Origin: Magnetococcales bacterium
GTDB taxonomy: Bacteria; Pseudomonadota; Magnetococcia; Magnetococcales; JADFYX01
Assembly: GCA_015232365.1 (NCBI GenBank)
Contig: JADFZU010000004.1
Span: 5,371 to 69,370, forward strand
Direction of reading: 5' to 3'
DNA length: 64,000 nucleotides
A model generated the notes under the pieces. It made no database searches. It saw only the letters and a list, made by a program, of their open reading frames with translations, and was not told the DNA's origin. The number at the start of each line of letters is the position of its first letter. The stretch's first letter is position 1. Shown piece after piece: positions 20,947 to 29,796 of the stretch. A program made the translations under genes and the position numbers.

Positions 20947-23481
20947 ATGGTGGTGAGTGATAATAAGGCGCAGAATTCGTCTGTTGAGCTTGATTCTCAG
21001 CAACTCTACGGAGTTGGGGCGGATACTCATGCCACCACACCAAGTCTGAGAGGCTCTACAACTGATATCGGGCAAACAGCATCTTTTGCCGAAAGAGTTC
21101 CTGATATGGTTCAGGCCAACCCATATAGTGGTATTAGCCTGAGACCGATGGGGATGAAAGAGAGTAAAGAGTTAGATAGTCTGCAAGGCCAGGATCTGCG
21201 AAATATTGAAAAAGATATTTCTGTTGGTAGTGATCCCCATCAACAACCTGCTTCGGCATCTAGTCAGCAGCCTGTTCCTACTGCTGACGAGCAGAGATGG
21301 CTTGATCGACTTGCTAGAACTGACAAATTGATGAGCACAGTGATGCGTGGTTATCACCCGGCCACCACTACACCTAAAAAAACTAATCCTGCGTTTGCAA
21401 AGATTGATAAAAATCCTAAAGTAGAGCAGGCAGAGGCTGCTGGAGTTGATAATGATCCGGTTGTCAGTCGCCCTGGTAAAAAACAACTCGACGATGATCT
21501 GGCTGCACTTCATAAGGCAAAAAAAGGTAGTATTGCTGATACGCCAACTCCTAAGGCAAAGGTTGAACCACAAGCTCTTGCTGATAATGGAGAAGATGTT
21601 AAACTTGCAACTGCAACCATTACCGAGATATCTGATAATATAAAGTCAACGGCTGTTGTCAGTAAACCTAAGGTTAGAACTCAACCGAGGATACTGAAAA
21701 CGGCTCCAGAGACTCTTGATATTATCAACGATGTAACTGGAACTGAGTCTAAGTTAGAGCCAGTTGTTAACAGTAAGCCAGTTGTTAACAGTAAGCCAGT
21801 TGTTAACAGTGAGCCAGTTGTTACAAGCCCTGAATTGCCGGCTGAAGAAGTCAAAGAGGAGTCTGCACCTGTTGTTGCTGGTGTGGCGATACGGTCGGCA
21901 TCTACTTTAGATAAGATTAAAGAGATAGCTGATGCTATTAAGCAGAAAAGTGTTCCTGACTCTGTTGGTAAGATCCTTGAAACTGCAACAGGTCTGGAGT
22001 CTAAAACTGATTTAAGTTCTAAGAAAGCAGAAGATGTTGCTCCAGTTGTTGCCCCAATACCGGCTTTAGTAGACTCAACACCAAAATATGTTGAAGCAGT
22101 CAAACCGACCCAAGCACCTCTTAAAATAGTACCACCACAACAAAAAGCGGCAGTTCCTGACCCGGTACCTTCTTTCTCTAAGCCGCAGTCTGAATTAGAG
22201 AAGATAGTTTTGTCTGCACCAAGCCAGGTAGTCAGCAGTAAAAATACCAGTAGTGCGATAGAAAAAAGTTTCCCTAAATTGGTAAGGGGTGATGGAGATT
22301 ATCCTGGTGAGGTTGAGAAGCCAAGAACTGTATCTATAGTGGCGGTTGTGCCTGAAGTTGATCCTGGTAATAATGAAGAGGCTGTTGAGGTAAAAAAACC
22401 TACATCAAGTGTGACTAAACTTCATAAGAAGCCTGGTAAGAAAAAAGACCTTGTTTCACTATGCCGTGAACAAGCGGCTAAAAACCTCCCAGCAGTTAAA
22501 CCGGCTCCAGAGAAAGTTGCTGCCAAGGATCATCAACCAGCAGTAGAGATGGTTTCAGAGCCAGTTGCTGCCAAGGTTCAGCAACCAGAAGTAGATATGG
22601 TTTCAGAGCCTGTTAAGGTTGATAGAGAAACTCATGCTTCGGCAGAAGATCCCAGTGCCACAAAGTTTGAAGTTTCGGCATTAGTGAAAGACTCTTTTAA
22701 AAATCAATTTAGCCATGGTCACATAGCGGAGAAACTACCTGAGTTTGAGGTTTTACCTGCTGATAGCCGGACAGAGAAAAATGATCGTGGTCTGGTTCGT
22801 GACAGTTTAAAAAAGAGTTATGGCCGTGAAGGGCCAAATGATCTTGGGTTCTATTTTTTCTCTGGTTTAGATTTTCTCAGGCGGATTTCCAGTTCAGCTA
22901 TAGATGGTTATCTATCTGCTACCGCAATGGATGGCAAAATAAAATATAAATACTGTGTGGAGCGTGGTAACTCATTTGCCAAATCAGGTCAGAATAAACG
23001 GGCGGCACGTTATTTTGAGATGGCTCTTAAAGAGCGACCTGATAGTAAAGAGTTTTTAGCAACTCTTGGTGTATGTTATCTTCATACAAATCGTTTGGAC
23101 GATGGTGTCCAATGTATTGAAATAGCTGAGAAGAGTGGTATAACTCTACCACGATTGGATGAAATATTGGCTACAGCCTATCTTCGTCAGGGGGAAAACT
23201 CCAAAGCAGTTGCCAGATTGGAAAAAGCCTTGTTAGTATCTTCCGGCAGTTTTAATCTGAATTTTCGTTTGGCTCTCGCATTGGATAAGATGGGAGAGTA
23301 TAATAGGGCTTTTCAGGCTTTTGAAAGAGCTCTCAAAATTAATCCAGAAAGTGCCAAAGCAAACCGCTCCATGGGGTTTAGTCTAGAGCAGGCTGGTAAA
23401 CGGGATTTAGCAGTTAAATATTTTAAACGGGCCGCTGAATTAGAAGATAGCTCGATAGATAATTTTGCCGGGGTTGAATAA
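20947..23481 (+). CDS. MamA-like TPR domain fused behind a ~630-aa low-complexity N-terminus
   Basis: The C-terminal ~210 aa align to MamA (SFNLNFRLALALDK vs NFNLNYRLGVALDN; RSMGFSLEQ vs QSMGFVYEQ). The N-terminus is rich in P/V/E/K/S with repeats. Confidence 0.85.
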   Translation: MVVSDNKAQNSSVELDSQQLYGVGADTHATTPSLRGSTTDIGQTASFAERVPDMVQANPYSGISLRPMGMKESKELDSLQGQDLRNIEKDISVGSDPHQQPASASSQQPVPTADEQRWLDRLARTDKLMSTVMRGYHPATTTPKKTNPAFAKIDKNPKVEQAEAAGVDNDPVVSRPGKKQLDDDLAALHKAKKGSIADTPTPKAKVEPQALADNGEDVKLATATITEISDNIKSTAVVSKPKVRTQPRILKTAPETLDIINDVTGTESKLEPVVNSKPVVNSKPVVNSEPVVTSPELPAEEVKEESAPVVAGVAIRSASTLDKIKEIADAIKQKSVPDSVGKILETATGLESKTDLSSKKAEDVAPVVAPIPALVDSTPKYVEAVKPTQAPLKIVPPQQKAAVPDPVPSFSKPQSELEKIVLSAPSQVVSSKNTSSAIEKSFPKLVRGDGDYPGEVEKPRTVSIVAVVPEVDPGNNEEAVEVKKPTSSVTKLHKKPGKKKDLVSLCREQAAKNLPAVKPAPEKVAAKDHQPAVEMVSEPVAAKVQQPEVDMVSEPVKVDRETHASAEDPSATKFEVSALVKDSFKNQFSHGHIAEKLPEFEVLPADSRTEKNDRGLVRDSLKKSYGREGPNDLGFYFFSGLDFLRRISSSAIDGYLSATAMDGKIKYKYCVERGNSFAKSGQNKRAARYFEMALKERPDSKEFLATLGVCYLHTNRLDDGVQCIEIAEKSGITLPRLDEILATAYLRQGENSKAVARLEKALLVSSGSFNLNFRLALALDKMGEYNRAFQAFERALKINPESAKANRSMGFSLEQAGKRDLAVKYFKRAAELEDSSIDNFAGVE
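21757..21823. repeat. 18-bp tandem repeat (~3.7 copies) encoding (E/K)PVVNS
   Basis: (G/A)AGCCAGTTGTTAACAGT units. Confidence 0.92.
22515..22614. repeat. 48-bp imperfect tandem duplication (16 aa)
   Basis: AAKDHQPAVEMVSEPV / AAKVQQPEVDMVSEPV. Confidence 0.85.
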
Positions 23482-23483
23482 TA

Positions 23484-24449
23484 GTGACGGGAAAAGATAG
23501 ATTAAACCTGGATGATCTGGAGCCAGGCTCAGAAAATAGTGAACGTATGCGCCGTATGAAGCGGTTGATGCGTGAGCTATATAAAGAGGAGTTTGAAACC
23601 AAGAGGTTTCGCATGCCTCCGATTCGGGCAAAATCTCTGATTATCTACCTCTCTTTTGCCTCGATAGTTGTTTTTGGTGTTACTACCCTGTATAACTTCA
23701 ATCGCTTCGTTAATTTGGAGGAGAGGGTTCTTTCAGCAAACGGCCACGTTGAGGATGTGTTGCAGCGGCGAGTTAATCTGTTTGATAACCTGATTAACTT
23801 AACCCTGAACCAATCAGCTCTGGAGCAGGAGGTTTTTCGTCATGTTGCCAATGTACGTTCAAACATTGGCCGTGGTATGAACCAGGAGAATAGTGGGGGA
23901 GTTGATGCTGGCCAAACAGCTCCAACGGCTGTAGAAGCCTCTCCAGGAGCCTCTCCAGAAGCAATAAAAGCTGTACCATCTTTAAATGGGCCATCGCAGC
24001 CATCATTAATGGCTAGCGGAATGATGACCAAGCTTGCTGGTCTACCGGCAATGGCTAAACTTCTGGCTGTTGTTGAGCAATATCCAGAAATTCGCTCTTC
24101 GGTAACATATCAGCAGTTGATGGATAAATTGGTAGAGATTGAAAACCGTATCGCCAAACGCCGGGATGAGTATAATGAGGAGGTGAGAATTTACAACACC
24201 TTGATCTCCTCTTTTCCATGGTATGTACTGGCAAGGGTTACTGGTTTTGAAAGGTATAATTATTTCCATATTGGTGCTGGGCTGAATTATGGTTTGTTTA
24301 AACTACCTGATGTATCTACCCATGTTTTTAAAAGACTTTTGCCGCCTCCATTAGATGCAGTCCAGCCAAAAGAGGCTATAGTAGAAAAACCACCTGTCAG
24401 TGATGTTAAACCACCAACTACTGATACTACGAAGATTGAGAAACAATGA
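23484..24449 (+). CDS. mamQ: MamQ (LemA family)
   Basis: TM, then YNFNRF..LQRRVNLF..VVEQYPEI..ENRIA..YN..FPW. Confidence 0.95.
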   Translation: MTGKDRLNLDDLEPGSENSERMRRMKRLMRELYKEEFETKRFRMPPIRAKSLIIYLSFASIVVFGVTTLYNFNRFVNLEERVLSANGHVEDVLQRRVNLFDNLINLTLNQSALEQEVFRHVANVRSNIGRGMNQENSGGVDAGQTAPTAVEASPGASPEAIKAVPSLNGPSQPSLMASGMMTKLAGLPAMAKLLAVVEQYPEIRSSVTYQQLMDKLVEIENRIAKRRDEYNEEVRIYNTLISSFPWYVLARVTGFERYNYFHIGAGLNYGLFKLPDVSTHVFKRLLPPPLDAVQPKEAIVEKPPVSDVKPPTTDTTKIEKQ

Positions 24450-25324
24450 AATACGATCATTGCAAAGCATGTAAAACTGAGGTGACCTGGTACTCTATCT
24501 TTGTGAATGTTTTTTTAGTTATATTCAAAGGTGTTTTGGGTGCTTTGAGCGGTAGTGCCGCTCTGGTTGCTGACTCTTTTCACTCTTCGGCTGATGTTAT
24601 AGCAAGTTCTGTAACAATGATCAGTCTACGCATTTCCGGCAAACCAGCCGATGAAGATCACGCTTATGGTCATGGTAAAATTCAGTTTATTTCATCAGCT
24701 ATTGTTGGTTTAATACTTTTGACCGGTGCTATTTTCATCATGATTGGTGCAATCAAAAAAGTTGCTAGCGGTTACTATGAGGCTCCAGAGGCCATAGCTC
24801 TGCTTGGTGCCGGTGTTTCAATTCTTTGCAACGAATTTATGTTCCGTTATCAGAGCTGTGTTGCTAATGAGAACAATAGCCCGGCTATCATGGCCAACGC
24901 CTGGGATAACCGCTCTGATGCCTACTCATCCATGGCGGTTCTGGTTGGAATCGCTTTTGCTGTTTTTGGTTTTCCAATTGCTGATGCTTTAGCTGCACTG
25001 GGTGTTTCGATAATGGTTATCCGTATCGGCTTGGAGTTGATCAACGACTCTATTGATGGTTTGATGGATGCCTCGCCAGAGATGGACGATCTTCAAGGAA
25101 TCTATCGGGCAACCCGTAAGGTTGCAGGTATTTTGGGCATCTCCTATATGCGGGCTAGAACCACAGGTGAAGATCTGCATGTTGAGATAAATATTGAGGT
25201 TGACGAGACGTTGAAGGTTTATGAGGGTGATTTGATTGTTGAGGTTCTAAAACAAAAGATTGCTCAGGAGTTGGACCATGTGGGTACTGTTCAGGTATTT
25301 TTAACTCCGTTGACAATGAAATAA
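24446..25324 (+). CDS. mamB: MamB CDF transporter
   Basis: N-terminal CKAC, ADSFHSSAD, HAYGHGKIQF, ANAWDNRSDA; overlaps the mamQ stop. Confidence 0.96.
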   Translation: MKYDHCKACKTEVTWYSIFVNVFLVIFKGVLGALSGSAALVADSFHSSADVIASSVTMISLRISGKPADEDHAYGHGKIQFISSAIVGLILLTGAIFIMIGAIKKVASGYYEAPEAIALLGAGVSILCNEFMFRYQSCVANENNSPAIMANAWDNRSDAYSSMAVLVGIAFAVFGFPIADALAALGVSIMVIRIGLELINDSIDGLMDASPEMDDLQGIYRATRKVAGILGISYMRARTTGEDLHVEINIEVDETLKVYEGDLIVEVLKQKIAQELDHVGTVQVFLTPLTMK

Positions 25325-25383
25325 TCTGATTTTATTTGATAATAAATAACTATAATTAATGAACTTATTTAGGAGAAGTATCA

Positions 25384-25698
25384 ATGCCAGCAACTAATAT
25401 TCAAGTTGATTTGATTGCAGGGGAGAGCATGAAAATTGTTGGCCCTGGCACTCTTAGCTTTCAAGCTCCAGGGGCGGCAAAAGCTGCTGCTGGTGGTGTA
25501 AAAGGAGGCGGTGGTGCTACTGCCCTTGCAGCAAAGAGCTCTTCTGCAGCTTCTGGTACCATCTGGACAGGTAAAGGGGTTTCCTTGGGGTTAGGGCTTG
25601 GGTTGGGTGTTTGGGGGCCGGTGATTTTGGTTGCAGCTGCAGCAGGTGGTTATGCTTATTATCGTCACAAACGTTCACAAAGCTGGTGGCCTCTTTAA
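25384..25698 (+). CDS. Small LG-repeat magnetosome protein (Mms5/MamD/Mms6-like)
   Basis: GTIWTGKGVSLGLGLGLGVWGP; AGGAGA RBS; basic rather than acidic C-terminal tail. Confidence 0.85.
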   Translation: MPATNIQVDLIAGESMKIVGPGTLSFQAPGAAKAAAGGVKGGGGATALAAKSSSAASGTIWTGKGVSLGLGLGLGVWGPVILVAAAAGGYAYYRHKRSQSWWPL

Positions 25699-25768
25699 GT
25701 CATAGAATTGCTTAGAGATGTAACAAGATGTTAGCAATTGCAGGAGTTGAGCAGATGGGAGATTTAGC

Positions 25769-26368
25769 ATGAAAGTGGAGGAGGTGATTGGGCTGCTCGC
25801 CGTAGTATTTATCTTCGGCTTAATCGGAGCGGCAATGCTGCCTGAGGATATGTGGGAAGACCATTCACGTACACCAGGGATGGGTGGGGTACTCCAGGGC
25901 GTTATTGGTATTGCTCCAACTGGTAGTTCATCCAGAGTTGCTAGTCCGTTGCAAGGGGTTGCTGTTGCTGCTGTAACTCCACAACCCAATACAAACGTTG
26001 ATCAGAAAGTTCCCCGCACAACAATTGCTCAGCCCGGCTTAATCCCTTTCTCTCGTGCTCCATTAGTCCGTTTTGCTGGTACTATTCAGCAAATTACCGA
26101 GTTGCAACAACGGGATGGTCAGATACACCTTTGGGTTACTGATAATGTTACTGGTAATGAGCATGAAGTATCGGTAGCTCCATCTTGGTATCTGAAATAT
26201 ATGAACTGTACTTTATTGCATGATATGGATATTTCAGGAGTTGGTTTCCAGTTTGACAAGAAAAAAGGCTCATCAATTATCTACGCTAAGAAAATCAAGA
26301 TAAAAAATCAACCATGTCACCTTCGTAATGACGAAGGATTTGCTCTTTGGTCAAATAGATTGCGGTAG
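25769..26368 (+). CDS. mamS: MamS
   Basis: DMWEDH, GQIHLW, VSVAPSWYLKYMNC, CHLRNDEGFALW. Confidence 0.93.
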   Translation: MKVEEVIGLLAVVFIFGLIGAAMLPEDMWEDHSRTPGMGGVLQGVIGIAPTGSSSRVASPLQGVAVAAVTPQPNTNVDQKVPRTTIAQPGLIPFSRAPLVRFAGTIQQITELQQRDGQIHLWVTDNVTGNEHEVSVAPSWYLKYMNCTLLHDMDISGVGFQFDKKKGSSIIYAKKIKIKNQPCHLRNDEGFALWSNRLR

Positions 26369-26373
26369 TTAAG

Positions 26374-26886
26374 ATGAATAACCGAAAGCGTATTAAAAAG
26401 AAAAAATTTAGTGCCTTCGGTGGTGCAATGGTAGTGCTGTTGGTGTTGACTGCTGGTTTGGTTGGTAGGGAGAGATTTGGTAACCTGCTGGACAACTGGT
26501 TTGAAGGTGATAAAGTTTCCCGGCGAATTCAGGGGCAGGTATTTGGCTCTATGCCATCACCGACCAGTCCAGCGTTTAACGAGCCGGTCATCAAGATTAT
26601 AAAGCCAAAGAAAACCCGGAAAATGGTTGTAAAGCATATTCCCAGGTTAGTTCCTGGCACAAAAATGCCTCATGCGTATTGGGGGCCATGTACCAAGTGT
26701 CATCTTATCCGTGGTGGTGCACCTGCTGGTAGTCAGCCTATTACTCCGGTAGGCAAGGCATGGGAGAGGGCTTCAGCAACGATTATGAAGGTAGGCCCGC
26801 CAATTCTACCTAATACAAAAATAAACCATCCACCTTCTGGCCGTTGCATCAAGTGCCACGATATTGTTATTGAAGTCCCTATTTAG
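26374..26886 (+). CDS. mamT: MamT magnetochrome protein
   Basis: MPHAYWGPCTKCH and HPPSGRCIKCH; last gene after mamS. Confidence 0.95.
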   Translation: MNNRKRIKKKKFSAFGGAMVVLLVLTAGLVGRERFGNLLDNWFEGDKVSRRIQGQVFGSMPSPTSPAFNEPVIKIIKPKKTRKMVVKHIPRLVPGTKMPHAYWGPCTKCHLIRGGAPAGSQPITPVGKAWERASATIMKVGPPILPNTKINHPPSGRCIKCHDIVIEVPI

Positions 26887-26910
26887 CTATTTTGCAACGG
26901 AATAAGCTTT

Positions 26911-26990
26911 TATCATAGATTCGGCAGTTGGGGTGCTCATTAACCTATAAACGGTAGTTAGAAGCACGCGCAATGCCGAATATTTGTTTA
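26911..26990. repeat. Truncated, composite remnant of the MITE-like element
   Basis: TAGATTCGGCAGTTGGGGTGC..ATTAA matches the reverse complement of the element's right end. AAACGGTAGTTAGAAGCAC matches the left end of the 38506 copy. Confidence 0.65.
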
Positions 26991-27033
26991 AAGGTATGAT
27001 AGGCCATCCAAGTTTTTGCTGTTATTCTCTAAG

Positions 27034-27091
27034 AAAAACAGGCAAAAAAAAACTCCCCAGATCTCTGGGGAGTTTTTTTTTGCCTGTTTTT
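27034..27091. terminator. Bidirectional terminator between convergent mamT and mamD
   Basis: Perfect 27-bp inverted repeat: AAAAACAGGC-A9-CTCCCCAG / CTGGGGAG-T9-GCCTGTTTTT. Confidence 0.9.
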
Positions 27092-27102
27092 GGAATAAGA
27101 GA

Positions 27103-28185
27103 TTAGCTCTCTAAAGATAGCTCTTCCATATCTCCAGCTTCATCAGAAGGGTTGTTTTTCATGTAGCCATAAACCCCAACACCAAAGGCTGCTGCACCAA
27201 CTAGAAGAAGTGGACCCCAAGCTCCAAGACCAAGACCAAGACCCAAGCTTAAACCAGTTCCTTTCCAAATTGTTCCAGTGCTAGCAACTTTGGCAGCTTG
27301 TGCAGTTGTTGCAGATTTGCCAGCAACAGCGGCACCTGTTTTTCCAGCAGCTGCTCCGGTTTTGGCTACAGTGTTTTGGACAGCGATACCGCCATTGCCA
27401 TTTAGTGCAGCAGGTGTTGCTACAGGGCATGGACCGCCATTGAAAGCTACAGTTGATGCAACCGCACCTTTAGTTGCCATGCCGCCAGCAGCAGCCGGTT
27501 TAAACGCCAACCATTGTGGGCCGGCAACTCCAGAAGCCATTGGTGCTTTACTGACTACAAAACTTTTTCCAACCATAGATGAAGCTGTCGTGGAGCCTGT
27601 TCCTTGAATATTCAAGGCTACGATTTTTTCTCCAGCAGCACCAGCACCTGATGCAGGCTTCAAAAACATCCAGTTTGATGTTTTAGCACCAGCAACTGCA
27701 GGTGGCTTCATTACAGTGAAAGATTTTCCAGCAAATGTTGAGGAGTCGACAAATTTACGTGCTCCTTCGGCTTTAACCAGTACCATCTGCGAAGTGGTTC
27801 CAGCTTTGGTTGTCGCAGCACCTTTGCCGGCAGCGGCAAGAGCAGCTCCTTTAGCGGCAGCCCCTTTGCCAGAATTTAGAATTAAAAACTTACCAGTGCC
27901 ACCAACTGTAGCCGGAGATTGACCAACTGTTACAGTTTTGCCTGCCAGCCCTGATAGTTGTGATATCTGGTTGGTTCCCTCAATTTTGAGAGCGACTGAA
28001 CTCTGCTTGCCAGTAGCAGCAACAGGGTGGAGAAACAGCCATTTGGAAAGGCCGGTCTTTCCAGCTGCTGACACGTTGCCAACAGTGTATGTATTGCCTT
28101 GAAGGGCAGCCAATTGAGATGTCTGGTTTATCCCGTTTATTTTAAAAATTGTTGTCTCGGCAGCTGCCATTAGAGTGCTCCCCAT
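27103..28185 (-). CDS. mamD: MamD (Mms7)
   Basis: Repeated (L/M)xGK(T/S)(V/F)TV..W(L/M)FLxP modules, then GTIWKGTGLSLGLGLGLGAWGP and an acidic tail. Confidence 0.9.
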   Translation of the reverse strand: MGSTLMAAAETTIFKINGINQTSQLAALQGNTYTVGNVSAAGKTGLSKWLFLHPVAATGKQSSVALKIEGTNQISQLSGLAGKTVTVGQSPATVGGTGKFLILNSGKGAAAKGAALAAAGKGAATTKAGTTSQMVLVKAEGARKFVDSSTFAGKSFTVMKPPAVAGAKTSNWMFLKPASGAGAAGEKIVALNIQGTGSTTASSMVGKSFVVSKAPMASGVAGPQWLAFKPAAAGGMATKGAVASTVAFNGGPCPVATPAALNGNGGIAVQNTVAKTGAAAGKTGAAVAGKSATTAQAAKVASTGTIWKGTGLSLGLGLGLGAWGPLLLVGAAAFGVGVYGYMKNNPSDEAGDMEELSLES

Positions 28186-28247
28186 CTTAATAGTGAGTTA
28201 ATTGCTATATTTAGTGATTCTTTAACATATAAATTATTGTGCTGGAC

Positions 28248-28267
28248 GTAAATAACAATCATTCTTA
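28248..28267. promoter_or_regulatory. Candidate Fur-like operator upstream of mamD
   Basis: GTAAATAACAATCATTCTTA; 17/20 identical to 8048-8067. Confidence 0.4.
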
Positions 28268-28431
28268 ACTAGGTGTTATTCTACTAATTTTCAGCATACT
28301 AATACATTAATATGAAGATTGCAAAAAAAACTATTATATAGTAGGATTATTTAGTATTAATTATTTCCCTAGAGTTTGTTAGCTAGTTTTTTCAACCTTC
28401 TCATCATCTGATTTTTTCAATAGGATTTTAT

Positions 28432-29019
28432 ATGCTTCCTCTTTTAATTCCAGCAGGTATCTCCGCAGTCCTTGGTGTTGTTGTTGGTCGTAAGGTAGCC
28501 GAGATTGCAAGGGAAGACCGTTTGCAAAAAGGTTATGCCAAAGCATTTAATAAACCTGTCACCGTAGAAATAGTTAAAGAGTATATAGTTAGTGATGAGA
28601 GTCTAATCCTGGCTACGGAAGATGTGCCTTTAGATAATCAATATGGAAATCAAGATCTCAGTAGCGAACATGAATTTATCAGGACGGCAACAATATCGTT
28701 GGAGATTGCTAAAAACCGGGAGGTTGGTTCAGCTCTGAATTCTGGTTTTTTCAAGGCATTTGAGACCAAGATAGCTGATGAGCTATCTAAGAGTTTGGGA
28801 ACCAAAATCGGTAGCCAGATAACCAGAAGAGTACGCCTGAAATTTTCTGTGGGGCCGCAAAAATCCGCTAAGTATAGAATTATCTGGAAACAGGAGTCCC
28901 GGCGTGGTCTGTTTGAGATATTGGTGAGCAATAAAAAGAGGTATAAAATACCATATATGGTGAACTATGGTCTAAGTCACTCTGTGGAGAGCATTTCTGA
29001 TGAGGCTTTCTCTACTTGA
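28432..29019 (+). CDS. Hypothetical protein with N-terminal hydrophobic anchor
   Basis: 195-aa ORF divergent from mamD; AGGA upstream; beta-strand-like C-terminal part. Confidence 0.7.
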   Translation: MLPLLIPAGISAVLGVVVGRKVAEIAREDRLQKGYAKAFNKPVTVEIVKEYIVSDESLILATEDVPLDNQYGNQDLSSEHEFIRTATISLEIAKNREVGSALNSGFFKAFETKIADELSKSLGTKIGSQITRRVRLKFSVGPQKSAKYRIIWKQESRRGLFEILVSNKKRYKIPYMVNYGLSHSVESISDEAFST

Positions 29020-29087
29020 CCCTGTGAAGAGGTTGATAGGGGGCAGATAAAAAAGGTTTAATTGGCAAGTTTACAGTTTCTTCTATT

Positions 29088-29399
29088 CTATTGGCATTCG
29101 CCACTATCTACTTTTTTAATCCACTGCTTGACCAGTAGCAGTGCACCAGCAGATAAAATTACAAAACCAAATATAGGTCCTAGAGCAGGAATGGTGGCAC
29201 CTAGTTTTACAGCAGTCAGGGAGCCAACTTGACCTATGCCAGATGTTGAGCCACCTAACTTTGAAATAGTTACTGATTTTGCAACATTCAGCTTGACGTA
29301 ACCTGGGCCACTTAAAACCAAGGATTGATCTGCTGCCAGTTCGCTTACTATTTTTGTCTTCAATTTTTTCTCCAATTCAGTTCTTAATGCGTGAACCAA
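29088..29399 (-). CDS. Small membrane protein, diverged relative of 25384-25698
   Basis: IVSELAADQSLVLSGPG aligns with IQVDLIAGESMKIVGPG; Gly-rich linker, then LGPIFGFVIL TM. Confidence 0.6.
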   Translation of the reverse strand: MVHALRTELEKKLKTKIVSELAADQSLVLSGPGYVKLNVAKSVTISKLGGSTSGIGQVGSLTAVKLGATIPALGPIFGFVILSAGALLLVKQWIKKVDSGECQ

Positions 29400-29796
29400 T
29401 CCTTTAATAGTACACCTCTTATAGATTGATTAATAGTTAATTTCTTGCAAATTTAAATAAAATTTATTTCAAATTTTATAGTCATGATTCTAAATCTGTG
29501 ACTTCTTAACGAAACATAGGCAAGCATATGTTGCACTATTATGTAAGTTTAAGCTGACGAATCCAGGTTAAACTATTATCAAAAGTCACTTATTCCGGTA
29601 AGAAAATTAATTTTGCCATTAAGTTTTTCTGTCACGTTTCGGCATATTTGTTGCGTTGGTATTAAGCTTATCAATTTTATAAATAAAAATTTTAAATGTT
29701 TGAAGCCATTATCCATTAGTCAAAGAGTAGTAGATTGAATAGTGATGGTTGTGAGCATTGTTATAACAGAAATGTGGAAGAGAGTTTTTTTCTAGT

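Noticed and set aside
21757-21823. CRISPR-like array
   Set aside because: Head-to-tail in-frame coding repeat with no spacers; no cas genes in the window.
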